Shown in pieces: positions 1 through 11,645 of a DNA stretch of 46,400 nt (position 1 is its first letter; every line of letters begins with the position of its first letter). Position numbers and translations under genes: made by a program. The stretch comes from Macrostomum lignano (taxonomy: Eukaryota), in assembly GCA_002269645.1 (NCBI GenBank), contig NIVC01004427.1, forward strand, positions 1 to 46,400. Direction: 5' to 3'. The notes below the pieces were generated by a model. It saw only the letters and a list, made by a program, of their open reading frames with translations. It was not told where the DNA came from and made no database searches.

Positions 1-176
1 CCCCTCCTGTAGCTGGACAATTGTAATAAATTCAGCCTCACGAACAGCCTGGATACTTGCTACTGGACTGCCGCCCCCTGCAACTTGTCACCGTAATTCG
101 TTAATGTAAACATTTATCAGGCATGAATTTGCAGAGCTGTGATTCATTCTGCAGTGTGTTCTCGCGTTTCACAGTT

Positions 177-2202
177 GAATGGGACTGTGTGTCTCATGAA
201 TGGCACTGTGTCTCTCATGAATGGCACTGTGTCTCTCATGAATGGCACTGTGTCTCTCATGAATGGCACTGTGTCTCTCATGAATGGCACTGTGTCTCTC
301 ATGAATGGCACTGTGTGTCTCATGAATGGCACTGTGTCTCTCATGAATGGGACTGTGTCTCTCATCAATGGGACTGTGTGTCTCATGAATGGGACTGTGT
401 CTCTCATGAATGGGACTGTGTCTCTCATGAATGGCACTGTGTCTCTCATGAATGGGACTGTGTCTCTCATGAATGGCACTGTGTCTCTCATGAATGGCAC
501 TGTGTCTCATGAATGGGACTGTGTCTCTCATGAATGGGACTGTGTGTCTCATGAATGGGACTGTGTCTCTCATGAATGGCACTGTGTCTCATGAATGGGA
601 CTGTGTCTCTCATGAATGGGACTGTGTGTCTCATGAATGGGACTGTGTCTCTCATGAATGGGACTGTGTCTCTCATGAATGGGACTGTGTCTCTCATGAA
701 TGGGACTGTGTCTCTCATGAATGGGACTGTGTCTCTCATGAATGGCACTGTGTCTCATGAATGGGACTGTGTCTCTCATGAATGGGACTGTGTGTCTCAT
801 GAATGGGACTGTGTCTCTCATGAATGGGACTGTCTCTCTCATGAATGGGACTGTGTGTCTCATGAATGGGACTGTGTCTCTCATGAATGGCACTGTGTCT
901 CATGAATGGGACTGTGTCTCTCATGAATGGGACTGTGTGTCTCATGAATGGGACTGTGTCTCTCATGAATGGGACTGTCTCTCTCATGAATGGCACTGTG
1001 TGTCTCATGAATGGCACTGTGTCTCTCATGAATGGGACTGTGTGTCTCATGAATGGGACTGTGTCTCTCATGAATGGGACTGTGTGTCTCATGAATGGGA
1101 CTGTGTCTCTCATGAATGGCACTGTGTCTCATGAATGGGACTGTGTCTCTCATGAATGGGACTGTGTCTCTCTCATGAATGGGACTGTGTCTCTCATGAA
1201 TGGCACTGTGTCTCATGAATGGCACTGTGTCTCATGAATGGGACTGTGTCTCTCATGAATGGCACTGTGTCTCATGAATGGGACTGTGTCTCTCATGAAT
1301 GGGACTGTGTGTCTCATGAATGGGACTGTGTCTCTCATGAATGGGACTGTCTCTCTCATGAATGGCACTGTGTGTCTCATGAATGGCACTGTGTCTCTCA
1401 TGAATGGGACTGTGTGTCTCATGAATGGGACTGTGTCTCTCATGAATGGGACTGTGTGTCTCATGAATGGGACTGTGTCTCTCATGAATGGGACTGTGTC
1501 TCTCATGAATGGGACTGTGTCTCTCATGAATGGGACTGTGTCTCTCTCATGAATGGGACTGTGTCTCTCATGAATGGCACTGTGTCTCATGAATGGCACT
1601 GTGTCTCACGAATGGGACTGTGTCTCTCATGAATGGGACTGTGTCTCTCATGAATGGGACTGTCTCTCTCATGAATGGGACTGTGTCTCTCTCATGAATG
1701 GGACTGTGTCTCTCATGAATGGCACTGTGTCTCTCATGAATGGGACTGTGTGTCTCATGAATGGGACTGTGTCTCTCATGAATGGGACTGTGTCTCTCAT
1801 GAATGGGACTGTGTCTCTCTCATGAATGGGACTGTGTCTCTCATGAATGGCACTGTGTCTCTCATGAATGGGACTGTGTCTCTCATGAATGGGACTGTGT
1901 CTCTCTCATGAATGGCACTGTGTCTCTCATGAATGGCACTGTGTCTCTCATGAATGGGACTGTGTCTCTCTCATGAATTGGACTGTGTCTCTCATGAATG
2001 GGACTGTGTCTCTCATGAATGGGACTGTGTCTCTCATGAATGGGACTGTGTCTCTCATCAATGGACTGTGTGTCTCATGAATGGCACTGTGTGTCTCATG
2101 AATGGCACTGTGTCTCTCATGAATGGGACTGTGTCTCTCATGAATGGGACTGTGTGTCTTATGAATGGGACTGTGTCTCTCATGAATGGGACTGTTTTTC
2201 TC
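177..2202. repeat. Minisatellite, ~21-bp unit CATGAATGG(G/C)ACTGTGTCTCT, ~95 copies with 19/21/23-bp length variants
   Basis: Direct tandem periodicity; length variants come from gain or loss of one CT/GT dinucleotide. All ORFs here are translations of the repeat. Confidence 0.97.
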
Positions 2203-3662
2203 AGGAGTGGCTCTGTCTTTGTCGTCCTAGTGCCTTTTTGTCCTTATCATCGGCATTAACAAAACTGCATGCAAAAAAGAACTCAGTCGTTCCCACTGTG
2301 CTCGATGCCATCCATCCCTGCTTCAACTCCCATCCTACATAAAATGGGATCAATATGAGCTCAATTGAGCAATAGGCAGCCAGCCAAAGCACGAGACCTG
2401 GGCACAGACAGGCACACGAAAACAGCAATCGCTCTTTGTTGTCAACAAAAGCACTTTTGAATGAGCCTTTTTGGCTTTTATCGTTAGAACTCACCCGAAT
2501 CAATGGCCAAGCCGCAGGGGCAGAGGAGAGTCGCAATGATCATGGGCAGAACTGCTCTCCATCCAGTCCGCATGTTAAAGAGGCGCAGCATTTCAGCTCT
2601 GAAGTCTTTTCGTTGCAGATCTACAAGTCTGGCAAAATTAGCTTCTTCTGAAATCTATTTCTGCTTTCTTCTCCTGTTGCAGCCGTCTTCTGGCTCTGGC
2701 TCCGTCTGCTTCTGACTGGCCCGGCTCGGTTGGTTGGCAGGAAGGCCGACGGGTCTCCTCCAAGCTCAAGGGCGAGAGAGAGAGGGGGGAGAGAGAGAGA
2801 GACGGAGGGAGACGGCCACTCACTGGGCGGCTTCGAGCGCTTTCTGTCCAATTCGGAACTTCGGGGTTGTCGAGGTCCTTGAACGACGCCTCTGGTCTCC
2901 AGCTGTGTCGCCCTTCTTCTTCTTTTCTTTGTAAGCTCGTTCGCGCCGCTCCAGAAGCCCAAGCTGGAGTCGGTGATTTGCCGTTTTTTATAGGAAACGG
3001 AAAAATGAGCCACGTATTCAGCCGCCCTGCCGGCTCTGTCCGCCTCTCTTCTCCCGTGCGCCGGTGCAGCCCCCCTTCCGGACTGGCTTTGTCACAATAC
3101 GGAGTCTGCTGCACTGAGGGCGCTCCCGGGCTCATTAATTATTAGTTAACCTGGCCCAACGGGTTTTCCCAAGCCCGGGACTTCCACACAGCTTCCCTGG
3201 CTCTCCATCCCCCCACTCAATTCCCCAATCGGTTGCATCCGGGCGGGCAGAGACGGATGGAGGAAGGCGGTCTCCCCTGTTTTTTGGGAGTAGCCAAAAC
3301 TGCAAAAAACAACAGGTAGAACGGGACGACTACCCCCCCCCCCTCCTCACCTCTGGAAGCTGGAAGCGGCCAAGTGAAGTTTTATTTGTTTCCCAAATTT
3401 TCCGCAGCCAGTTGGCGCCAAAGCGAGGTGAGGCTGGATTATGCGGCTGTAGTTTGCTGCTGTCAGAAAAAGCAGATTTTGCTGCATCCGTTATTTGGCT
3501 GTCGGAACCTCTAATCTGGAAATATCTGAATTTATTACAAATTGTTGTGGCCAATTATGCATTCAATCCAATTATAGCATTCTTTACTCTGAGCTCAACC
3601 CGATAAAAATGCCTTAAAAAATTCATATTTACAATCTATAGATTATTAACTGAGACTAAGAA

Positions 3663-3919
3663 CAGCATTAGCTGGTGTCTGTGGCCCTAATCCAGGGTTC
3701 AGACCATAGACTGTAGCTTCTGTTGCTCTAAAGCATTAGCAGCATTAGCTGGTGTCTGTGGCCCTAATCTTAGGGTTCAGACCATAGACTGTAGCTTCTG
3801 TTGCTATCAAGCATTAGCAGCATTAGCTGGTGTCTGTGGCCCTAACCCCGGGGTTCAGACCATAGACTGTAGCTTCTGCTGCTCTCAAGCATTAGCAGCA
3901 TTAGCTGGTGTCTGTGGCC
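3663..3919. repeat. Tandem repeat, 77-78-bp unit, ~3.3 copies
   Basis: Units start at 3663, 3740, 3818 and 3896 with CAGCATTAGCTGGTGTCTGTGGCC, followed by CTAA..GGGTTCAGACCATAGACTGTAGCTTCTG in the full units. Confidence 0.92.
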
Positions 3920-4153
3920 ACATCAGACTGCAGACTGCTGACGGCTACGCACCAATTGGGATGAAGAAAAAAGCAAACAGGATGCAAAAAAGATATAGTC
4001 GAACCAATTTTAAAAGCAACAGCAAGGCTTCTAAAGCATCTGCTTATTTGCAAATTGGTTTGGTTCAAGACCGCCAGACCAACTGCTTTTTTTGCTTTTT
4101 GCAGCGTCGGCCAGATTTACTGGTCCCGCCTGTTTGAGTAAAAGAAAGAGAGC

Positions 4154-4155
<2 letters not shown>

Positions 4156-4208
<53 letters not shown>
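4156..4208. repeat. (GA)n microsatellite
   Basis: Perfect GA dinucleotide run. Confidence 0.95.
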
Positions 4209-4210
<2 letters not shown>

Positions 4211-5201
4211 GTTGCGAGCAGATTAGAGCAGGCCCAGTCATCAGGAGAAGGGGTCTGGAAGAGATTGAAGGATGCCCATAAGAGGTCTGCCCGATCTGGA
4301 CCATCTGGCTCGATCTTGGCTGTCTAGCGGAGCCTTTTTAATGAAAAACGAAGACTGGGCCTCGATTTTATCCCCTCTGGTCTCTCGCGCACGAGCTCCT
4401 CAGCTCTCATCCGACGTGAGGCGCGCGACTCTAAAAAATTTCTCCCCTCTCCCCCCCCTCCTCAAGAAAACTTACCCCGGGACCCATCAAACTCGACCGC
4501 ATCGCTCCCTAGGGAGGTGTTTTTGTTAACAGTTTCGCTGATGAGAACGCGGTCTGGTGGGGGGGGGCGGCGGGAGAGGAGGGTTGATTGCGAGAATGGA
4601 AGCTCGGGCCACGAGGAGGATGCAGCCAGATGGACCCAGTCTTGCATTTGCATAACCCGAGCAGGCTCGTCCTGGGGTAAAAACTAATTTTATCTATTAA
4701 AAAGTAACCGCTTCGATGACTGAGCAATGCGATGGCTGCAAAATTTTAACAGTGCGTGTCCATGGCGTCATTTCGTCACCATGGCCCCTTAGGTCTCGGT
4801 TGCTTCGCTAGGCCTTGCTACCTCTAGGACTACCCCCATAGCTACCCCATCCTGCCTCTCCGGTGTTGAGAATGCGGATCCCACCTTGGCCCCAACACGG
4901 ATCTCTTCGACGCTTTCATGCCCGAGAATCTCTGCCAGCTCGTCCGCTACCAAAGGGCTACCGGGCAAGCGACCATTCACCTCCTGGACGCTGCGGACAC
5001 CGGCACCACCAGAAGCAACAGTCAGCAACTGTCACCAGAAACAGTCTAAAGTTCCACCCTCCAAACAAGATGAAAATTTTACTTATTGCGACAACTTCTT
5101 ACTCACAACTCAACTTTCCAGTTACGCAAATGTGGTGCGCAGCCTATGCGTGTACAATGCACTTTCTCTTGCTCTCTAGCCAACGTGCTCAGCACCCCCA
5201 A

Positions 5202-5312
5202 TGTATTACGTAACTCATTGCTGCACGTCGGCAGCTGCGTGAATATATATCGCAAATATACGGCTCTTAGAGGCCAAGATTCTTACCCGCCAAGCGGACT
5301 ACGAGCAATACA
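5202..5312 (+). repeat. 5' LTR, 111 bp
   Basis: Begins TGTATT and ends AATACA (perfect 6-bp terminal inverted repeat). 5234-5312 is near-identical to 7671-7749. Confidence 0.85.
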
Positions 5313-7592
5313 ATGGCGTCGCAGCTAAACTTACCAAGCCCAGCGCGCTTGGACCTGCGAACAGACCCCAGCACCCCACACCCCAGATCCGTGACCAGGT
5401 GATCGCCGGCTGCAGTTCAGAGAAGCTTCGCCGCAAGCTGCTAGCGATCGACAATGTCGACCTGGAGCAGGCGCTTCGGGTGGCCAGAGCCATGGAGACA
5501 GCAGAGACTCCGGCAAGCCTCATGGAATCTAACGAGGCGGCGGTACAGCGACTTCGGCTTCGAGACACTGGTGCAGCGGCCTCATCAGTAGAGCGCCTAG
5601 TTAAGGGACCAGCCAAGCAGCAGCCAGGCAAGCAAGCCACGTGCATCAGATGCGGAGTCCCAGGCCATCGCACATGCAACGCAGCCATAGGCAAGACGTG
5701 CAAGCGCTGCGGCAAGCGAAACCACCTGGCGAGGGCCTGCCTCTCCCGGCCGTTGGAGGCCGTCCGCGCCCTGCAGGCCGACAGCGACAGCTCAGAGCCG
5801 GAGGACAGCATCTTCTGTCTGACCGTGGCGGCCACCGGGACGGCTACAGCGGGCGCCCGCACAACAGTGCTAGTCGACTCAACGCAGCTGGAAGTCCTGG
5901 TCGACAGCGGGGCCGATTGCAATATCTTGACAGAGAGAGCCTGGCGGAAACTTCCGCGACCCCCGCAGCTGCAGACAACTCGCAGAAAGGTATTCGCCTT
6001 CCGCTCTTCAGAACCGCTCAGCATCCTGGGAGCCTGCAGCCTGCAGGTGACAACCGGCCAGGACAGCCAGGAGGTTCGCTTCATCGTTGTCCCCGGCGAC
6101 GTCGAACGGCGCTACAGCCAGATTGAGCGCGAGGCCCTGGGCGTCAAGTTCGGCTGCTTGAAGTTCGCCTTTTACCTGGAAGGCTGCCCGCACTTCGATA
6201 TCTACACCAACCACAAGCCGCTGCTCGGGATCTACAGAGCAGACTCAAGGCCGCCGCCCCGGCTCGAGCGTATCATGCTGCAGCCCCAGCAATTCACGTT
6301 CAAGCTGCACTACCGCAAAGGCGAGGACAACCCGGCAGACCCGCTGAGCCGCAATCCGCTGCCAAGCGCATCGTCACACAAAGACGAGGCTGAGGACACC
6401 AGACTGTGCAACGCCGTTGTCCAAGCGGCCACCCCGAAGTGCCTGACCGTTGACAGGATCCGGGCTGCAACCGAGAGAGACCCAGCTCTGGTGGTCGTCA
6501 TGCGCGCCTTGGCAACGGGAAACTGGAGCTGCGGCGCGGCGAGCCCTGTGCACAGTTTTCGGTCCCTCAAAGACGAACTGAGCGTTCACGCAGGCCTTCT
6601 GCTCCGGCGAAACAGAATCGTGATCCCGGCAGAGCTTCGGTAGCTGACAATCGGTTTAGCGCACCAGGGCCACCTCGGACAGAAGAGGACGTGCGACCGA
6701 CTGTAGCGTAAGATCTGGTGGCCTGGCATGACCAAGCAGGTCGAGGCGGTCGTCACTAACTGCCTCACGTGCCAAGCGGCCCGGACCGACGGCGCCGTTA
6801 AACAACCGCCGATGCAGCCGACTCCGCTTCCGTTGGGGGCCTGGCAATCGCTCAGCGTCGACGTGTGTGGACCATTCCCTACGGGCGAGAACGTAGTGGT
6901 CTTGTTGGACTACTTCAGCCGCTACCCGGACCTCTACGTGGTGCGAAGCCTCACCAGCGCCAGCGTCATCAACTGCGTCATGGCCTCATTCAGCCGCTTC
7001 GGGGTGCCGCAGCAGATCACTACGGACAACGCCACCTACTTCACGAGCGAGGAATTCAGTGTGTTTCTGGACGGCCTCAGGGTTCGACAGCGCAGGATCA
7101 CCCCGCTCTACCCGGCGGCGAACGGCGAGGTGGAGCGCTTCAACCGCAGCCTCAACAAGGCCATCAACGCCGCCACGGCCGACGGCAAGGACTGGCGGCA
7201 GGCGATTCACGAGTGGCTGCTCGGATACCGCAACTCTGTGACCGCACGACTGCACGCCCAACGACCTCATGTTTAACCGAGAGACCGGCGACATCCTGCC
7301 ATCCGGCCTGACAAAGCAAACCGGCAGCTCCGGACGGCAGCTGCAGCGCCACGACTGCGGCTACAAGCAGGCGATGCGCAAGGCGGCCGACACGCGGCGA
7401 TCGGCTGCGCCACACGGCATCCTGGCAGGCGCCCACGTGCTGCTCAGAAACCGCGGCAAGGCGAAGCTGCGCTGTCCGTTCGACCCGCGGCCTTGGCTTG
7501 TCAAGGCAGTCAGCGACGACACCCTGACGCTGCAACGCGGCACGGCAGTCATTCGGCGGCATGTGACCGAGATGAAGCCGCTGGGACCTTGA
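5313..7592 (+). pseudogene. Degenerate gag-protease-(RT deleted)-RNase H-integrase polyprotein
   Basis: Gag IRDQVIAG..LRRKLL and CIRC..H..C / CKRCGKRNHLARAC knuckles; protease VLVDSGADCNIL; RNase H ERRYSQIEREAL..TNHKPL; integrase HQGHLG..CLTC, VDVCGPF, TDNA and NGEVERFNRSL. In-frame TAG at 6641 and 6704; frame breaks near 5380 and 7265. Confidence 0.9.
5314..5325 (+). promoter_or_regulatory. Primer-binding-site candidate TGGCGTCGCAGC
   Basis: Starts with TGG (complement of tRNA CCA) one base after the LTR end. The implied tRNA has a G discriminator, as in Ser-primed elements (inference). Confidence 0.55.
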
Positions 7593-7661
7593 CGAGCTGG
7601 ACGGCAATCAGCGGCCGGGGGCGCCGGTGACGGAGGTAAATCCGGCCAACGACGGCCCGAT

Positions 7662-7749
7662 TGCACAGCTGCTGCGTGAATATATATCGCAAATATACGG
7701 CTCTTAGAGGCCAAGATTCTTACCCGCCAAGCGGACTACGAGCACTACA
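7662..7749 (+). repeat. 3' LTR, 5'-truncated or diverged
   Basis: Matches the 5' LTR from GCTGCGTGAATATATATCG to GAGCA(C)TACA. The first ~30 bp of the LTR and a clear polypurine tract are missing. Confidence 0.8.
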
Positions 7750-8809
7750 GCAAATAAGCCGCCGCGAGGAAGGGAAAGTTGATTGAATCAATAATAAACG
7801 TCATTCGCACAAAATCATAAGTTTTTATGCCATATGCAGTTAGAATCGCGATGCTTAATGACGCGTGTGGGATCCCCTCGCACGCGACTCTGCGGGGCAT
7901 CTGCCTTGGAGGGTGGAACTTTTGACTGTTGCTGAGTATAACTAATTCTATATGGAAAGCCAGTTCAGTTTTTCAACAGGAGACAAATCATTTAGGACAG
8001 AGACCATATAAAAATCAGTAGCCAATGCCGGGTAGAAGCCGGCCATCTCTCTCCCCATCCGCGGAGACCACTTGAGAAATAGACATCGCGTGAGAGCATA
8101 AGTCCTTTTGCCTTTCACTAGAAGCAGCGGCCGCCATAGCCAAACGGCATGACAACACACAAGCCTCTGGCTGGGCGGCCTTCAGACAGCCCGCTACTAT
8201 TGAATGAAAAATCATAATTGAAGAAAGAAAGCGTAATGCATAATGCAGATCTGTCTGCATTGCTTCATTGATTACTCACTCAGCTCTAGTCTACGTACCC
8301 CTATACTAAAGGATTTTTTCTCAAATCAAAGCTCTCTGACAGGCGTCAGTGCTCGTTAAATGTTTGATCAGTCAAACAATTTTCAAGACTGCATCGACTT
8401 GCGGTATCAGTGTACAGTCAAATGCTGATTCGGCATTCAGAATTCGGGTAAGCTTCTTGATCTTGCTTCCAAACAGTCTACTAGAAGTAGCTATGCAAGA
8501 CTACTTAGCTGTGAGTAGTATAAATTTGACTAGATTCAATTTGCAATCTTGTTGTCTGACAATTGGCCGACAAATCGGGTTGGTTGGTAATTTGATAAGA
8601 ACGAATGCGACTTGGTCGAGGGTTGTATAGAAGGAAGCTTGGCTGTGTCTCAGGTTTCTTAGCCCCAGGGCGACGGTGGTGGGGTGAGAAAATCAGCAGC
8701 ACAATTCGCCAAACCTTGACAAGCAGTTCAGAATGGCATCGATCTTGCTTTCGCCAATGTGCCCGGCTCATAAATCTTATTATATAGCTATCTCAGCATG
8801 CGGGAATTA

Positions 8810-9054
8810 GGATGGGAATCGCCATGGATTTTAAGATGGGGGGAGCAAAGCCAAGATGTGCATCATTTTGAGAATCAGTGTTGTCAGTGCTCATTTTGGC
8901 GCCAAAGGCGCTATATTTTGGCGTCTGAAGAAAAATTGTTGATTTTCCCAACGGATTACAAGGTGGGGTGGGGGGACAAAGCATTAGCATGTCCCCCATA
9001 GCTTTTTCTGGGGGGACATGCCCCCCCCCTGTCCCCCCCGGTGGCGACGCACTG
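8810..9054. mobile_element. Possible degenerate MITE / DNA-transposon relic
   Basis: The right end reads CAGTGCGTCGCCACCGGGGGGGACAGGGGGGGGGCATGTCCCCCC on the minus strand, resembling G-run termini of non-autonomous DNA elements. The left end (ATCGCCATGGATTTTAAGATGGGGGG) is only weakly similar. Confidence 0.3.
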
Positions 9055-9698
9055 GCATTAGAAAAATATGACATGGGAGAGAAATTGTAAAGAAAATCCT
9101 GGAATTTCAGTTGGCAAACACTGGGAATGGTTTATAGGATAATTGCTTTGATACCGAATAGAAGACACGTGCCGCCAAGGGTGCATTACGCTGGTACAAC
9201 AACAATAAGTCAAAAAAAGAGGTTCCAGAGTGAGTCCAAGAGTGAAGCAAGATCCCAGCAGTGCCCGAAGAGAATGAGCTGACCAGATATGGGAACAGAA
9301 TTGCAGACTATTTCGGATTCATTCACTCGCTTCCTCATCTACTTAAGAGAGGCAGGGGGGCTGAGCGGTCTCGGCTCACTGAAGTCTGAAAGAGTTGGGA
9401 GGGAAAGTGGCGGACCCGAGCGGATATTTAGAAACTTTTTCTCGCCAGATTTATTTAACAGCGATTTCTCTCAGAGCAGCTCTGGCTGCAGCCATATTTT
9501 ACATCCCTTCCCATCCCCGTGTCAGCCCACCGTCACTGATTGGCTCTCACAGCTGGAAGGATGGGAGCGGTTCTTCTAGGAGAGGGGGGGTAAGGAACTG
9601 CTGAAAAAGAGTAAAACTGGAACAGCCACAGTAAGAAGTCTAGCAGCAAGCAGCCAGCAGCTTTGGTTCTCGTGTTTTTTGTTTAAAACTTTGGCGCA

Positions 9699-10229
9699 AT
9701 GATTTCGTATCAGTCTTGCGCGTGCGACGACAATGCCACTGACAAGCAGTGCATTGAGCAGCAGTGGGGGCAGCCCACCACCTACACGATGCCTCAGCTG
9801 ACCGCCCTGACCACCGCTCTGGCCGTCATCTTTGCTCTCGGCCTGTTTGGCAATTTAATAACCTGCCTAGTGATTGCCCGCACCCAATTTATGAGAACTG
9901 CCACCAATTTCTACCTGTTCAATTTGAGCGTCTCAGACTTGGTAGTGCTGGTGTCCCGGCTGCCGTACGAGCTGCTCACGCACTGGCACCGGTACCCCTT
10001 CCCTAACAGCCTGGCCATGTGCGTCGGGTCCGGCTTCCTGGCCGAGATGTGCACCTACTGCTCCACGCTCACGGTCACCGCGCTCACGGCCGAACGGTAC
10101 TGCGCCATCTGCCACCCCATGAAGGTGCGCAGAGGCCGAGGCCTAGCCAGACCGGTGAAGGTTATTGCTAGCATCTGGGTGGCATCGGCCTGCTTATCGA
10201 CCGTCATGAGCTCGCAGCTTGGATTTGAG
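9699..10229 (+). CDS. Class A neuropeptide GPCR (neuromedin U / PRXamide-pyrokinin-capa receptor-like), exon 1 of 3, TM1-TM4
   Basis: GLFGNLITCLVIAR..MRTATNFYLFNLSVSDL and ERYCAICHP; donor GAG|GTGAAT at 10230, phase 0. Join 9699-10229, 10900-11194, 13471-14060 = 1416 nt, 471 aa. Confidence 0.92.
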
Positions 10230-10899
10230 GTGAATTTGAGCCCCCTACGTGTAGCTTACTTGTAATGTACGGTTCCTAAATCCCTCACAGCTTCCCGTAT
10301 TCTGCATCCTAAATTTCCTAAGAGAACTGCCCCAGTGGACACAATTGGATTCTGTAGGATGCATTAAGAAACAAATCCACTCCACACTATACAGAAACAC
10401 AATGAAACCCTTTGCTGCACTTTGCTACTCAACTGCTTTTGAATAGCTCTGGTTCAGAACCTGAAGGAACATTGTTTCATAGCTTTCCGGCGCACAGCTT
10501 GGGATAAATAATAAATGAAGAAAAAGCAGACAAGTTGCTCCTAGTCCAGAATGTAAAGACGGCAGTAAAATTTATTAGCTGTGTCGTGAACGACAGGGCA
10601 GTTAAATAACAGCCGAAATTTACTATTCTTTTGCAGCTCTGTTCGAATTTTGTTAAGATATAGTTTCTAAATATTTTATTGAGAAGAGCTTCGAATTCGT
10701 TTTATCAGCATGTCCCACCGCTGCAACTGCAATAATTATTTCCATATTTCATCAAAAGCAGCCCCCTTTTTTACTTAGTCAAGATAATCCGAATGCTCAT
10801 AAATATTTCCATTTTATCGTGAAAGGAATGTTTTGTTCAATCGTATCAACAGCAACCTGGAAAACAGGAACAAGTATTTATCATGAAACACACCGTCAG

Positions 10900-11194
10900 G
10901 TTCTGGTTAGAAACGACACCTCAACTCAGTTCAGCCCCAGGGTGCTGCAGAACTCTCGAATGTGCGAAGTTGTGAAGCCAAAGCGGATTGCCTACTCATT
11001 CCTGGTGTCCTCTCTGCTGCTGTTCGTCTGCCCGATGATTGTCATCCTGTACATGTACGTCCGCATCGGCGCCGCTGTCCACCGGTCGCTCAAACAGCGC
11101 AAAGACTCCGCCGGGTCGGGCCACAGCAACGCCAGCTTCGATCGGCGGGCTGTGCAAAAAGCGCAGGGCAGGAAGACGCTTCTCAAATTGCTCG
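10900..11194 (+). CDS. Neuropeptide GPCR exon 2 (ECL2 Cys, TM5, ICL3)
   Basis: Acceptor CGTCAG|, phase 0; MCEVV..SSLLLFVCPMIVILYMYVRIG; donor CTCG|GTGAGT, phase 1. Confidence 0.9.
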
Positions 11195-11645
11195 GTGAGT
11201 TGCAGTGGCGGGCAATGTCTTAAATGTTCACAGATTCACTAAATTTCATTATGTTAATCATAACCTTATGGGGATGTTTATGATGACATCGCAGGACGCA
11301 TCTGTCTCAGAAACCTGCAAAGGTTTCCGGACTGCGTTTACCGACCAGTGAACAACAGGAATGTCTACTAAAAGAGTTGAAATTTTAGAGGCAACTCTTT
11401 GTACAGCTGCTGTACAGAATTGTGAAACTGCAGAAGAATTCAATATGCTGCAGCTAAACTTATAAAAATTCTAAATATGTACGCATGGTTTCTATAAACG
11501 ATGTTTGCCATAGACAACTTGCTGATTGAAAATCGTAGGGAAAACGATGAGAAGTCAAGCGAATGCAGTGCAGGCGAGGTCACGGATTTTACGAGCGTAT
11601 ATTGCCTAGATGGGCCACTCCACCCGCCTGGCGTCAGCGCGAACA

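Larger units (their letters stand above)
5202..7749 (+). mobile_element. Internally deleted Ty3/Gypsy (Mag-like) LTR retrotransposon
   Basis: LTR direct repeat, PBS-like TGGCG directly after the 5' LTR, gag with two zinc knuckles, protease DSGA motif, RNase H C-terminal part and integrase in Gypsy order. RT is absent. Confidence 0.92.
5040..7930. mobile_element. Putative MITE / non-autonomous DNA element with 33-bp inverted repeats (5040-5072 and 7898-7930), interrupted by the LTR element
   Basis: AACAGTCTAAAGTTCCACCCTCCAAACAAGATG matches the reverse complement of 7898-7930 at 29/33 positions without gaps. Removing 5202-7749 leaves ~340 bp. No TSD found. Confidence 0.5.

Noticed and set aside
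123-2259. Many overlapping ORFs (CVSHEWD / LMNGTVS / MRDTVPF)
   Set aside because: They are translations of a stop-poor minisatellite in several frames, with no unique coding sequence.
4472-4680. 12-bp inverted repeat TTACCCCGGGAC / GTCCTGGGGTAA
   Set aside because: Too short (11/12) and without a convincing TSD; may be chance.
4870-5030. Possible piggyBac-like transposase relic (DLFDAFMPENLCQLV)
   Set aside because: Only a vague resemblance over ~15 residues, with no catalytic motifs and no TTAA-flanked termini.
5299-6084. 261-aa minus-strand ORF and other antisense ORFs over the retroelement, GPCR exon 3 and MCM9 (e.g. 44402-44866)
   Set aside because: GC-rich antisense shadows of recognisable sense-strand coding sequence.
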